Source of the DNA: Candidatus Latescibacterota bacterium
GTDB taxonomy: Bacteria > Latescibacterota > UBA2968 > UBA8231
Direction: 5' to 3'
Length of the DNA stretch: 64,000 nucleotides
Assembly: GCA_965223905.1 (NCBI GenBank)
Contig: CBDCXV010000001.1
Span: 864,001-928,000, forward strand
Shown here: piece by piece, positions 36,264-46,545 of the stretch
Layout: each line of letters begins with the position of its first letter
Numbering within the stretch: position 1 is the first letter of the stretch
Notes under the pieces: model-generated
What the model was told of the DNA's origin: nothing
The model's input: the letters and a program-made list of their open reading frames with translations, nothing else
Database searches by the model: none
Made by a program: the position numbers and the translations under genes

Positions 36264-38021
36264 CTACTCCCTCACCACCGCCAGGGTGCCGCGGCGTCTT
36301 TGCCCGTCGGCGTCGAGCACGTAGTAGTAGAGACCGGAGCCGACGAGTTTCCCCGCTTCGTTGCGGCCGTCCCAGACGGCCTCGTACTCCCGCGCAAGAC
36401 GCTTCTCGAGGTCGAGCACGTGCACCAGCCTTCCATCGGCAGCGAAGATCGACAGCTTCGCGGAACCGGCGCTGTCGAGCATGTACCGGATGCGGGTTCG
36501 CGAATGTCCGCCAGGGAGGAACGGATTCGGGAACCAGTGCCCGAGGACGACCTCGGCGGGTAACCTCCCGCCGGTCAGGTGCGGTTCGTACTTCGCCGAA
36601 ACCGAGTACGGATAGCCGATCCCCGCCAAAGCGGTGTTGCTGACGACGAGCACTACCGCACTGTAGAAGTTCCAGTCGACCACCTCGACCGGGGTGTTCC
36701 TGTCGAGCGCCTTCACCTCAACGCTGTCCGGCGATACCAGGGCGAGCCTGCGCAGCCAGCGCAATCCCTCGAAATCGGTGGAGATCCCCACTCCCCCCTC
36801 GCCCAGCGGTTCCAGCACCAGGTAGGCGCTGGCGAGGTGATCGACGCGGCCGCTGGCCTCCAGCGCATCGTCTCCGATCAGGCGCGGATTCACCTCGATT
36901 TCCGGGTACTTGTGGCCCTCCCCGTAGAACTCCTCCCGGTGCCGCTCCCCGGTGAAGTAGTTCCAGACCGCGAACTCGTTGACGGCCTCGCCGAGGCCTC
37001 CGAAGGGTTGAAGAGCGCGCTGGAAGTTCTCCAGCGAGGCACTTTCGCGGCGGGCGTGCTCTTCCCAGATCTCCCGCACCACCTGGCGGCCGTAGCGCTG
37101 GTCGAGGAAGTGGGAGAAAATCGCCGAGCCGTAGACGCGCCTGCCCGGCGATGGGCTCTCGAGCGAACGTTCCGGCGACCGTATGAAATCGCACAGGTAC
37201 TGCAGGTAGTCGTCTGCCTCCGGGTAGGCGACGTCCTCAATCCAGGTGGCGGAAGACTCCTGCCACCAGTACCCCTCGCTCCCCTGGTAGTAGCCGAACT
37301 GGATCATGTGGAAGAACTCGTGTGCCAGGGTGACCCGCAGGGCGGTCAGCTCGCGCGCTCCGCGGGCGCCGTCGCAGCTGCTCGGGCGGCCGAAGATCGA
37401 CTCGGTGAAATTGTTGTCGATGCGCAGGTAGGAAGGCCCCCTCGGGCCGTTTCCCTCGGGCTGGGTGAACCCGTAGTAGCCGCCGAGGATCTGCTCGATG
37501 TAGACGTCGTACTCGTCGCCGCCTCCCAGGGTTCCGTCGCTCGGCGGCGGGTCGTAGCCGAGGACCTCGACCTCGAGGTGCCACATGCTGTCGATGGCGG
37601 CCGCGGTCACGTCGACGTAGTCGGGGATGCCGTTGCCGTCCCCGTCGGCAGGGTCGACGGCGTGCTCGCCTTCGATGTCGAAATGGATGCGGAAGCGCCC
37701 GGACGGGCTCAGCACCTGGCGCGACAGCGTGGGCCGGGCCAGGGCCTTGGCGAGGGCGCGGCCGTACCCGGGACTCGACCCGTCGCGGGCGTCCAGGGCG
37801 TCGAGGATCAGGGGGGTGGCGCAGCCTCGCGGCCCGGGGTTCTCATCGCGGTATTCCGCGGGAAGGGAGTCGGGCTCCAGGGTCTCGTAGACCTCGTAGA
37901 GCAGGGCGGTTTCGGTATCGAGGAGGCCGGATTCGCGGGCCTCCGCAATCAGGGGATTCGCCGGCGCCGCGTCAGGAGCCGCGGTGAGGGCGGCGATCGA
38001 CAGCAGAAAAAGGGTGCGCAA
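36264..38021 (-). CDS. Secreted zinc metalloprotease (MXAN_6640-like) with FlgD-like C-terminal domain
   Basis: Signal peptide, AHEFFHMIQ and WWQESSATWIE. C-terminal FPNPF...WDGRNEAGKLVGSGLYYY. TTG start inferred. Confidence 0.8.
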   Translation of the reverse strand: MRTLFLLSIAALTAAPDAAPANPLIAEARESGLLDTETALLYEVYETLEPDSLPAEYRDENPGPRGCATPLILDALDARDGSSPGYGRALAKALARPTLSRQVLSPSGRFRIHFDIEGEHAVDPADGDGNGIPDYVDVTAAAIDSMWHLEVEVLGYDPPPSDGTLGGGDEYDVYIEQILGGYYGFTQPEGNGPRGPSYLRIDNNFTESIFGRPSSCDGARGARELTALRVTLAHEFFHMIQFGYYQGSEGYWWQESSATWIEDVAYPEADDYLQYLCDFIRSPERSLESPSPGRRVYGSAIFSHFLDQRYGRQVVREIWEEHARRESASLENFQRALQPFGGLGEAVNEFAVWNYFTGERHREEFYGEGHKYPEIEVNPRLIGDDALEASGRVDHLASAYLVLEPLGEGGVGISTDFEGLRWLRRLALVSPDSVEVKALDRNTPVEVVDWNFYSAVVLVVSNTALAGIGYPYSVSAKYEPHLTGGRLPAEVVLGHWFPNPFLPGGHSRTRIRYMLDSAGSAKLSIFAADGRLVHVLDLEKRLAREYEAVWDGRNEAGKLVGSGLYYYVLDADGQRRRGTLAVVRE

Positions 38022-38023
38022 CT

Positions 38024-40027
38024 TCAGTGGTCGGTCGGCGGCCGGCCCAGGACGGCGATCTTGTCGCGGCGCAGCAGCTCGCCGTCCTCGTCGCGGATGG
38101 AGTAGATGTAGACACCGCTGCCGACGATGAATCCCGCTTCGTTGACGCCGAGCCAGCGGATCTCGTTGCCCTTGAGATCCTCCTCGCGTCCCGTCCAGAG
38201 CAGCTCCCCGTCGAGAGAGGCGATCTGCACACGCGAGAACAGGGGAAGGCCGATGAAGGCGAGGTATTTGTCCTGTTGCGGAGCAAACGGGTTCGGGTAG
38301 ACGACGATGTCGTCGGCAGGCACGAGGCGCACGTTCTGGAACGCCCTGTTGTCGCTCTCGCTCGTCTCTTCGATTTCGCCCTCCGGGTCGACCTCGACGA
38401 GAAACACCATCTCGCCGTAGCGCTGCCAGGGAATGGAGATGTCGTCGACGGCGCCTGCGGCCAGCGGTCCCGGGCGCCGTTCGTCGAAAACGACCCGGCA
38501 ACCGGTGGAATCGTGGGCGCAGCGGGATAGGCGGACGCGAAAGGCATCCTCCAAAGGGGCGGCGCCGATGTTGCCGACGCGGACCCTGAGGTTGTCCTCG
38601 GCATCCCCCTTCAGATCGCCGCCGGAAACCATCAGGTTCGGGAGGCTGTCGCCGGTCCCGAACTGCGCCAGGGTGGCCACGGTCAGACGGGTGACGCCGG
38701 CGACGAGTTCCCAGTTGACGCTGTCCGGCAGGTCGCGGACGGTGTGGTACTGCGTGTTCAACCGGTACAGGCCCCCGCGCACGCCGGCGGTCGTCGAGTC
38801 TGTCGGCAGGTAGTTCTCGATCCCGAGGACGGCGTCGTAGCCGCGCGCCCAGAACGGGGCGTGATCGCTGAGGCCGGCGTACGGGTCTTCGAGCAGGTCG
38901 ACGCGCAGTCCGATGCCGTAACGCTCGTTGGCGGAGCGCAGCAGGTCGACGAGCCAGAGCGACTCGGGGTTGGAGACCAGCTCGATGCGGTCGTGGAGAT
39001 CGTTGAACCCGATCATGTCGAAGTTCAGCACTCCGAGAATGCGCTCGTCGCCGGCCAGGGACTCGCCGGCGTAGTGGCGGCTGCCCCAGAGCCCCAGCTC
39101 CTCGCCCGACCAGGCGATGAAGCGGATCGACCAGGGAAACTGTCTGCCGCCGAGCACCCGGGCCGACTCGAGGACGAGGGCGACGCCGCTGGCGTTGTCG
39201 TCGGACCCGGGTGCGGGATCGGTGCGCCAGTCCCAGCCGCGCGAGCGGGTGCCGATGGCGTCGTAGTGGGCGCAGACGATGTAGTACCCGGCCCCCGGGT
39301 CGCTGCCGGACAGCTCGCCGATGACGTTGTACATGACGCTGTCCCCCTCGGAGATGGTGAACTCCTGCAGGCGCACGGCGTCGTCGCCAAGGGCCGCGGC
39401 GAGCTGCTCGCGAATGTAGCGGGTCGACTCGAAGGTCTCGGGACGGCGCGCGAAGCGGGTACGGAGGTTTGCCTCGACGCTGCCCTGGGAAGGGTCGATG
39501 AGCGACAGACGCTCGATGTGCTCCCTGAGCAGGTCGGTGTCGACTTCCGCGATCGCTTCCTCGACTCCGGCGGCGGCCGCAGGGGCCGTCCGCTTGTGCC
39601 GTGGGGCCGGTACCCATCCATCCACCGCATACCGGTCCGGCAAGGGGTAGAGGAAGATCTGATCGTCGTGAACGCGGCCGAAGTCGGCTTCCCCGATCTT
39701 CGACAGGCCCCAACCGCGGCGGTCCAGGTAGAGGAGATCCTGTCCCTGTGGCAGGGGGAAATGCAGGTGGTCGCTGAGGTACCAGTCCTCGTCCGCGCCA
39801 GCGGTTCCGGTGGCGGCGATTTCGAATCCCAGCTCAGTGACCCGCGCGCGCGCGGCCGAATCCGCCTCGACCACCGCGATCCCCGGGGCGATGTAGCGGG
39901 GGACGAGATCCTCATCCAGCGCCGCCAATTGGGACGGCTGCGACCAGCGCAGCACGAGCAGCTCCCGGGCGGAGCCGGTGCCGGCGAGAAGGCAGAGGAT
40001 GACGGCGCCCGTGGCCAGCCGCATCAT
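38024..40027 (-). CDS. Secreted M28 family metallopeptidase with CARDB-like and FlgD-like C-terminal domains
   Basis: M28 motifs CAHYD, PGSDDNASG, GEELGLWGS, NFDMIG, SDHAPF and YHT. Then VDPEGEIEETSESDN (CARDB) and VYPNPF...GSGVYIY. Confidence 0.88.
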   Translation of the reverse strand: MMRLATGAVILCLLAGTGSARELLVLRWSQPSQLAALDEDLVPRYIAPGIAVVEADSAARARVTELGFEIAATGTAGADEDWYLSDHLHFPLPQGQDLLYLDRRGWGLSKIGEADFGRVHDDQIFLYPLPDRYAVDGWVPAPRHKRTAPAAAAGVEEAIAEVDTDLLREHIERLSLIDPSQGSVEANLRTRFARRPETFESTRYIREQLAAALGDDAVRLQEFTISEGDSVMYNVIGELSGSDPGAGYYIVCAHYDAIGTRSRGWDWRTDPAPGSDDNASGVALVLESARVLGGRQFPWSIRFIAWSGEELGLWGSRHYAGESLAGDERILGVLNFDMIGFNDLHDRIELVSNPESLWLVDLLRSANERYGIGLRVDLLEDPYAGLSDHAPFWARGYDAVLGIENYLPTDSTTAGVRGGLYRLNTQYHTVRDLPDSVNWELVAGVTRLTVATLAQFGTGDSLPNLMVSGGDLKGDAEDNLRVRVGNIGAAPLEDAFRVRLSRCAHDSTGCRVVFDERRPGPLAAGAVDDISIPWQRYGEMVFLVEVDPEGEIEETSESDNRAFQNVRLVPADDIVVYPNPFAPQQDKYLAFIGLPLFSRVQIASLDGELLWTGREEDLKGNEIRWLGVNEAGFIVGSGVYIYSIRDEDGELLRRDKIAVLGRPPTDH

Positions 40028-40309
40028 GAGCCGCGGTCCGCTGAAAAGGCCGATTGGGGGTGCCTCGGTGGCCGCATGCGGCGCTCTATTTCCTCCCTGA
40101 AGTCCCGCTTCGATCCGGTCTGCGTCCGCGGCCGGATGCGCTCCACCTTGTCTCCGGCCTCGCGATCCGGTGAGGTGATCCGCCCGCCCGCCCCGACGAC
40201 CCGGCCCCGCCTTCATCTGCGGCTCCGTCTTCCCGTCTCGCATCCCCGCAGGCTTCGCTGGCCAGTCGCCGCTGATTCCCGACCATCCATCCCGTTCCCC
40301 GACTCTTGC

Positions 40310-41065
40310 TCAGCTTGCGGCGAAGCGGCCGCGGTGGCTCATGATGTTGACCTGGGGCCGGTATCCGAGCACTTCCCGGGCGGCGGAGATGTCGAGGAAG
40401 CCGGTGTGCCCTTCCCAGACGTTTTCCGAGGCGCCGTAGGTGATGAGGAACCTCTCCTCCCCCTCGTAGTCGACGGCGAGGCCGAACAGCTGCGCCGCGT
40501 CGACCGGGGCCAGCAGGGTGCTGCAGAGGCGCAGGCCCGACGGTTCGGACTGTCCGCTGAAGGTGCCGATGCGGATGCTGATGAAGCGGCGGCCGTATAC
40601 GTTGACGAGGTTCATGCCGGCGATCTCGGCCATCCCCTTCATGGCGCCGTACCAGCCGTCCGGGTTGAACTGGTCGGCGGTGGAGAAGACCGGCGGGTCG
40701 GAAAGGCGCTCGTTCCAGCCGGTGGCGTGGTTGGAGCTGGCGTAGACGATCTTGCCGGCGCCGGCCCGGTGGGCGAGCTCGAACAGCTGCATGTTCATGG
40801 CGATGTCGGACATCCCCGCATCCGGCTCGCCGATCCTGTCCGCTCTCAGGTAGACCAGGGCCACCACAACGTCCTGCCCGGCGCAGACCTCGGCGGCGAA
40901 GGCCGGGTCGGTCAGTTCGCCGATCTCGGTGCGGGATTGCGCCCCCTCGATCTCCCTGACGTCGGTAAGGGTCAGCTCGTAGCGGTCGTCTGCTTCCCAG
41001 GATCGCCACAGGGCGCCGCCGACCATGCCGGCGGCGCCGGTGACGAGCACGCGTTTCTTTGCCAT
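40310..41065 (-). CDS. NAD-dependent epimerase/dehydratase (uronate dehydrogenase-like)
   Basis: Motifs VLVTGAAGMVG, YASSNHA, YGAMK and SIRIG. Confidence 0.85.
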   Translation of the reverse strand: MAKKRVLVTGAAGMVGGALWRSWEADDRYELTLTDVREIEGAQSRTEIGELTDPAFAAEVCAGQDVVVALVYLRADRIGEPDAGMSDIAMNMQLFELAHRAGAGKIVYASSNHATGWNERLSDPPVFSTADQFNPDGWYGAMKGMAEIAGMNLVNVYGRRFISIRIGTFSGQSEPSGLRLCSTLLAPVDAAQLFGLAVDYEGEERFLITYGASENVWEGHTGFLDISAAREVLGYRPQVNIMSHRGRFAAS

Positions 41066-41298
41066 CTGATTATCCGCGGTTGAAGGTTGGCACGGCTGAC
41101 AGGCCGTGCAGGTCTGGCGGTGGTTGAAACTCGCTTCAACGGCGGAGTGGTGCAATCGGCCCGCGCCTGCTTGCCCCCCTCCGGCGCGACCCGGATTTTT
41201 GCGGCGGAACGAATCCCGCCTTTGGCAGCCCGGGTGGACTTTTGAACGGCTGTTCAGGCGGCTCGCGCATCCGCCGCACCCAACGAGACGAGGGATAC

Positions 41299-43026
41299 AT
41301 GAACGTCCTGGTAATCGTGATTCTCGGGTTTGCCGTCTTCGCCCTGGCCAGCCGCTACTACGGAGGCTGGGTGGCCCGCAAGGTCGGCGTCGACCCCGCC
41401 AACCCGACCCCGGCGCAGCAGATCAACGACGGCCGCGACTACGTGCCGACGCGCATCTCGGTCGTCTTCGCCCATCACTTCTCCAGCATCGCCGGCGCGG
41501 GGCCGATCGTAGGGCCGACCCTGGCGGCGATCTACGGATTCGTGCCGGCGGTGATGTGGGTCGTCCTCGGGGGCATCTTCATCGGCGCCGTGCACGACTT
41601 CACGGCGCTTTTCGCCAGCATGCGCGAGGGCGGCAAGTCGATGGCGGAGATCGCCCACAAGTCGATGGGGCGGGCCGGCTTCACGCTGTTCCTGCTGTTC
41701 ACCATCGTCATGATCGTGCTGATCACCGCGGTCTTCCTCAAGCTGACGGCGAAAGCGCTGGCGTCGCTGTGGCCGCTGGAAAAGCTCGGCCTCGACAGCG
41801 CCCAGACCCTGCTGCGGACCGAGGTGCAGGACGGCGTTGCGATGGGGCACATCGGCGGTATCGCCTCGACCTCCGTCATCGTCGTCACGGCCCTCGCCCC
41901 GGTCCTCGGCTACCTGCTCTACCGCCGCGGCATCCGCACCGGCATCGCCTACCTGCTCGGCGCTGCGCTCTGCGCCGGGTCGATCCTCGTCGGCCTCAGC
42001 TACCCCCTGGCGATCTCTCCGGAGACGTGGATGGTGATCATCTCGGTGTACGTGCTTTTCGCCGCCGGCGCCCCGGTCTGGGTGATCCTGCAGCCGCGCG
42101 ACTTCATCAACTCGCAGATCCTCTACGGCGGCATGGCGCTGATGTTCTTCGCGCTGCTGAGCGGCGGGTTCGGCGGCCTTTCCGTCACCTTCCCCGCGTT
42201 CAACTTCAGCGAGGGGATCGAGCATCTCGGGCTGGTCTGGCCGATGATGTTCGTGACCATCGCCTGCGGGGCGATATCCGGTTTTCACTGCCTGGTGTCG
42301 TCGGGCACGACCTGCAAGCAGTGCAGCAGCGAGCAGGACGCCAAGCGGATCGGCTTCGACGGCATGATCCTCGAGTGCATCCTGGCGCTGTTCGTGCTGC
42401 TGGCGATCGGCAGCGCCCTCGGCTTCGAGGATTACAAGACCGTGGTCTGGAACGAGAGCAACCCGGTGCTCGGGTTCGCACTGGCCGCGGGCAAGCTCGC
42501 CAACAGCGGGCTCGGATTCATCCCGGTGGCGCTCGGCACGGTGTTCGGCATCCTCATGCTGGAGGGTTTCCTGGTGACGACCCTCGACTCGGCGGTGCGC
42601 CTGAACCGCTACCTGTTTGAGGAGCTGTGGGACCTGCTGTTCGAGACTCCGCCGGCGTTCATGAAGAAGTACTGGTTCAACGCCGGACTGTCAGTGGCGC
42701 TGATGTGGATTCTCGCCGGATCGAACGCCGCCACCGCGATCTGGCCGGTGTTCGGGAGCAGCAATCAGCTGCTGGCGGCGCTCGCCCTGATCGTGGTCAG
42801 CACCTGGCTGTTGAACCGCGGCACCCTGCCGTGGTTCACGCTGATACCGGCGGCGTTCATGATGGCGACCACCCTGTACTCGCTGGTGCTGCTGATGCAG
42901 AAGCACATCCCCGCGGGGAACTACCTGCTGGTCGGCGCCGAGGTCGTGCTCTTCGTGCTCGCCCTCGGGGTCATCGGTATCGCGATCCGGACCCATGCCG
43001 GCGCTCGAAGGCTCGCGACGAACTGA
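41299..43026 (+). CDS. cstA: Carbon starvation protein A family transporter
   Basis: Motifs TPA..INDGRDYVPT, HHFSSIAGAGPIVGP, TIACGAISGFH and WPVFGSSNQLLA. Confidence 0.93.
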   Translation: MNVLVIVILGFAVFALASRYYGGWVARKVGVDPANPTPAQQINDGRDYVPTRISVVFAHHFSSIAGAGPIVGPTLAAIYGFVPAVMWVVLGGIFIGAVHDFTALFASMREGGKSMAEIAHKSMGRAGFTLFLLFTIVMIVLITAVFLKLTAKALASLWPLEKLGLDSAQTLLRTEVQDGVAMGHIGGIASTSVIVVTALAPVLGYLLYRRGIRTGIAYLLGAALCAGSILVGLSYPLAISPETWMVIISVYVLFAAGAPVWVILQPRDFINSQILYGGMALMFFALLSGGFGGLSVTFPAFNFSEGIEHLGLVWPMMFVTIACGAISGFHCLVSSGTTCKQCSSEQDAKRIGFDGMILECILALFVLLAIGSALGFEDYKTVVWNESNPVLGFALAAGKLANSGLGFIPVALGTVFGILMLEGFLVTTLDSAVRLNRYLFEELWDLLFETPPAFMKKYWFNAGLSVALMWILAGSNAATAIWPVFGSSNQLLAALALIVVSTWLLNRGTLPWFTLIPAAFMMATTLYSLVLLMQKHIPAGNYLLVGAEVVLFVLALGVIGIAIRTHAGARRLATN

Positions 43027-43103
43027 AGCGGTACGTCAGCGCCTCGGAATGCAGTTTCGCCTGGCGGCAAAACTGCAGGGTGAGCCCGGAGCCGGCGCCC
43101 GGC

Positions 43104-43625
43104 TCAGCTTTCGAGGAGCCGCGGCATCAGCTCGACGAGGTTGCACGGGTGGGTGCGGCTGTCGAGCTGCTCCGATATGATGCGGTCCCAGCCGGTGGCG
43201 CAGGCCCCCCTCGACCCGGGCAGGCAGAAGATGTAGGTGCCGTTGGCGACTCCGGCGATGGCCCGCGACTGGATCGTCGACGGGCCGATCTCCTCGTACG
43301 ACAGCACGCGGAACACCTCTCCGAACCCCTCGATCTGCTTGTCGAGCAGGGGGGCCACCGCTTCCGGGGTGCCGTCGCGGCCTGTCAGTCCGGTGCCGCC
43401 GGTGGTGATGACGACGTCGACCTCTTTGTCGCAGATCCAGCGGGAAACCGCGGCGCGGATCTCGTAGATGTCGTCCGGCAGGATCAGCTTCTCCGCGAGG
43501 CGATGGCCCGCGGCCTCGAGGCGATCCACCAGCAGTTTCCCCGATTTGTCCTGCGCTTCGTCGCGGGTGTCGGACACGGTCAGCACCGCCAGCCGCAGCG
43601 CTACCGGTTTCTCATTGTCGCTCAT
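43104..43625 (-). CDS. moaB: Molybdenum cofactor biosynthesis protein B
   Basis: Motifs AVLTVSDTR, TTGGTGLTGRDGTPEA, QSRA and QLDSRTHPCNLVEL. Confidence 0.92.
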   Translation of the reverse strand: MSDNEKPVALRLAVLTVSDTRDEAQDKSGKLLVDRLEAAGHRLAEKLILPDDIYEIRAAVSRWICDKEVDVVITTGGTGLTGRDGTPEAVAPLLDKQIEGFGEVFRVLSYEEIGPSTIQSRAIAGVANGTYIFCLPGSRGACATGWDRIISEQLDSRTHPCNLVELMPRLLES

Positions 43626-44491
43626 CAGTCTGCAATCTCCTTCAGTCGGATTTCGAACAGCCAGGGCCACAGCTTGCCGGTGACGAACAGGCGGCCGCCG
43701 GCCTCGTCCCAGGCGATGCCGTTGAGGACGTCGGCCGCGGCCTTCTCATCGGCCGGCAGCAGGCCTTCGAGGTCGATCCAGCCCGTCACCTCGCCGGTGG
43801 CCGGATCGATGCGGGCTATCAGGTCGGTCCGCCAGACATTGGCGTAGATCTCGCCGCCGACGAACTCGAGCTCGTTGAGGTCTTCGATGCGGCGGCCGTC
43901 GCCGGTCACCTCGAGACGGCCGGTCTCAGCGAAGGTTTCGCTGTCGCGGAAGCGCAGCACCGGGGTGCCGTCGCTGGCGATGAAGCGCTCCCCGTCGTGG
44001 GTCAGCCCCCACCCCTCGGTTTCGTAGCGGAACGTCGAGAGCAGCTCGAAGCTGTCGCGGTCGTAGCGGAAGCCGACCCGCTCGCGGTAGGTGAGCTGAA
44101 AGATGCGGTCGCCGGCCAGGGCCATCCCCTCGCCGAAGTACTCCCGGTCGAGGTCGCGCTGACGCAGGACCTTCCCGGTGGTCAGCTCGACCTTGCGCAG
44201 CGAGGAGCGCCCGTGCAGGCCGGTGCTCTCGTACAGGAAGCCGCCGTCGTAGAACAGCCCCTGCGTGAACGCCTCGGGGTCGTGTGGGTAGGTGTTGACG
44301 ATTTCGTAGGTGTACCTGGGAAGTCCCGCGGCTGGGGCGCTTCCGCCGCGGGATTCGCCGCCGCCGGCCTGGCCCTTGACGGAGTCGGAGGAGGCGCAGG
44401 AGGCCAGCAGCAGGAGGCCGGCGATTCCGGCGCGCGCCAGCGGTCCAGGCCGCAGGTGGGGAAAGGTTGTTTCGCACCGGACCTGCATCAT
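43625..44491 (-). CDS. Glutaminyl-peptide cyclotransferase (lipoprotein)
   Basis: Lipobox LLASC, then FTQGL, ESTG, FGEG, EGWG, LNELE, VLNGIA and TGKLWP. Start uncertain. Confidence 0.9.
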   Translation of the reverse strand: MMQVRCETTFPHLRPGPLARAGIAGLLLLASCASSDSVKGQAGGGESRGGSAPAAGLPRYTYEIVNTYPHDPEAFTQGLFYDGGFLYESTGLHGRSSLRKVELTTGKVLRQRDLDREYFGEGMALAGDRIFQLTYRERVGFRYDRDSFELLSTFRYETEGWGLTHDGERFIASDGTPVLRFRDSETFAETGRLEVTGDGRRIEDLNELEFVGGEIYANVWRTDLIARIDPATGEVTGWIDLEGLLPADEKAAADVLNGIAWDEAGGRLFVTGKLWPWLFEIRLKEIAD

Positions 44492-44862
44492 CGCATCGGT
44501 TCGGAACGTAACGGTTGCATCCGGCTCTGTCGAGAGCCTGAACTGCCCCGGCTCGCCGCCCGCCGGACGGTATGGTACGGGCATTCGAGACCGCGGATGC
44601 GAACCTATAACTCCCCGGGCAGCCGTCCCGCAATTGCGGTCGAAAACCCCGGCAAAGGCCGCGGCGGTTGCTCTGGTTCAGGGGCCGGATTTTCCACGGA
44701 AGCCTCGGAATCCGGCATACGATGCCGCGGGCAACAGCCACCGGAGAAAGAGAGTACGGAGGTGGCGGGGGAGAGCCGACAGGGACTCCCCGCTGTTGTG
44801 CAAATCCCCCTGTCTCGATTTAGTTGGACTTGCTTCGGTCCAAGTCCTTCCGGGGCGCTTTT

Positions 44863-45114
44863 TCAAGAATTACGGCTGCGCATCGATTTGCGTCGGCTGC
44901 GGTTTGGGAGCCTCGGATTTCTGTGCGGCTCGGGATCGGGTTCTATTCGCCTGACCGGGGGGGCGTCGTCCTCATCCTTCCCGAAACAAACGTCGCAGAT
45001 GACCTTGCGCCCATCAGGCGCGTTCATCACGAAATACATCACCTCGCCCTTTTCAACGGGCGCATTGCAGCTGCGACAGGTCCCCCGGTACTTGGCGACC
45101 GTGCGTTTTATCAT
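44863..45114 (-). CDS. Small putative zinc-finger protein
   Basis: AKYRGTCRSC...ICDVC (two CxxC motifs), basic tail and RBS GGAG. Confidence 0.5.
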   Translation of the reverse strand: MIKRTVAKYRGTCRSCNAPVEKGEVMYFVMNAPDGRKVICDVCFGKDEDDAPPVRRIEPDPEPHRNPRLPNRSRRKSMRSRNS

Positions 45115-45201
45115 CGCGGCTCCCCCCTCCCGGGGTTCAAGCACATTTCTGCGCGTTTTGTTATTGATGATGGAACTTTAGTGAACCAAAGAAATTCGCT
45201 A

Positions 45202-46365
45202 GTGTAGTGTCCGTTAAATAGAAGGAATTAACTCTGCTTGGGCTTCCAGCGCCTGCCGGGTGCGTTGGATCTTGCGCAGGATGTCCTCGCCTCGCGCCTT
45301 CCACTTGTAGGGCTTGGGGTTCCGGTTCCTCTCGGCCAGATAGCTTTCGATGTCTTTCACCAGCGCTTTGACGCTGGAGAAGCTGCCATCGCGGATCACG
45401 TCCTGCGTCAGTTCGCCGAAGAAGCGTTCGATCAGGTTTAACCAAGACGAACCGGTCGGGGTGAAATGGAGGTGAAAGCGCGGGTGCCGAGACAGCCACT
45501 GTTTGACCCTGTCTTCTTTGTGCGTGCTGTAGTTGTCGACGATCAGGTGCAGATCCAACTCCTTCGGCGTTTCTCGGTCGATCTGTTTCAAGAAGCGCAG
45601 CCACTCCACGCGGGTGTGCTGCTCCTCGGTGCGTGCGATGAGCTTGCCGTCCAGGTAGTTCAACGCGGCAAACAGGGTGATCGTCCCGTGGCGTTTGTAG
45701 TCGTGCGTCTTGGTGCGAAGCTCCCCCACGCCCAAAGGCAAGCCCGGCTGACTGCGCTCCCACGCCTGACACGGGCACTTCTCGTCGCAACACAGGACCA
45801 GGGCCTTTTCGGGGGGATCGAGATACAGTCCGATCACATCCCAAAACTTCTCTTCAAAGCGCTTGTCATCAGACACCTTGAAGGTCTTGGTCAAATGGGG
45901 CTTGATGTCGTTGGCCTGCCAGATGCGGTGCACGCTGTCCGGCGACATCCCCACGGCTTGAGCCATGGTGCGAACCGTCCACCGCGTACGCGGTTTCGGC
46001 GGCTGCGTCGCACCGGTGATGACCTGCTCGACCTTATCGGAGGGAAGACAGGGCGGTCGCCCGCGCCCCTTCGCATCCTGCAACCCGTCCAAACCGTCGC
46101 GTTCGAAGCGTTGCGACCACTTGTTCACACACGCCACGCTGACCCCAAGCTCCCGGGCCACCTGCGCCTGTTTGATCCCTTCGGCGCGACGCAAGATAAT
46201 CGCCGCGCGCAGGCTATCGCGCGGCGACGCGGTCGACGCTTTGACGCGGCCTTCCAGCTCTTGTCTTTCCGGTTCGGTAAGGTCCACTTTGGAGATGGGT
46301 CGGGCCATACCGGAAAGATAATAGGGGGGAATCAGTTAATGCAACCTATTTCTCGGACGCCACAC
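45202..46365 (-). mobile_element. IS630-family insertion sequence, apparently intact
   Basis: About 30-bp imperfect TIRs GTGTAGTGTCCGTTAAATAG / GTGTGGCGTCCGAGAAATAG. TA duplicated on both sides in CTAG context. Confidence 0.92.
45214..46308 (-). CDS. IS630-family transposase
   Basis: N-terminal HTH, DDE triad in CCDEK, IVDNYSTH and SWLNLIERFF, and motif HDYKRHGT. Confidence 0.95.
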   Translation of the reverse strand: MARPISKVDLTEPERQELEGRVKASTASPRDSLRAAIILRRAEGIKQAQVARELGVSVACVNKWSQRFERDGLDGLQDAKGRGRPPCLPSDKVEQVITGATQPPKPRTRWTVRTMAQAVGMSPDSVHRIWQANDIKPHLTKTFKVSDDKRFEEKFWDVIGLYLDPPEKALVLCCDEKCPCQAWERSQPGLPLGVGELRTKTHDYKRHGTITLFAALNYLDGKLIARTEEQHTRVEWLRFLKQIDRETPKELDLHLIVDNYSTHKEDRVKQWLSRHPRFHLHFTPTGSSWLNLIERFFGELTQDVIRDGSFSSVKALVKDIESYLAERNRNPKPYKWKARGEDILRKIQRTRQALEAQAELIPSI

Positions 46366-46545
46366 TAGTTGCAGCAAAAGGAACAGACAGGCCCCAAGGC
46401 AGCCCGGCAGCCACTGGAGAAAAGACTCGGGATATCCCATATCCCCGGGAAGGGGGGCGGAAGCCGCTCCTCGCATAGGCTGGCCATCCAACGAGCAGGG
46501 GCGGCGCAATCCGCGGCCGACGCCCACAATAGAAAGGCACTTCGG

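Noticed and set aside
41087-41140. TGGCACG and hairpins upstream of cstA as a sigma54 promoter or riboswitch
   Set aside because: No TTGC at -12 spacing and no recognisable aptamer consensus.
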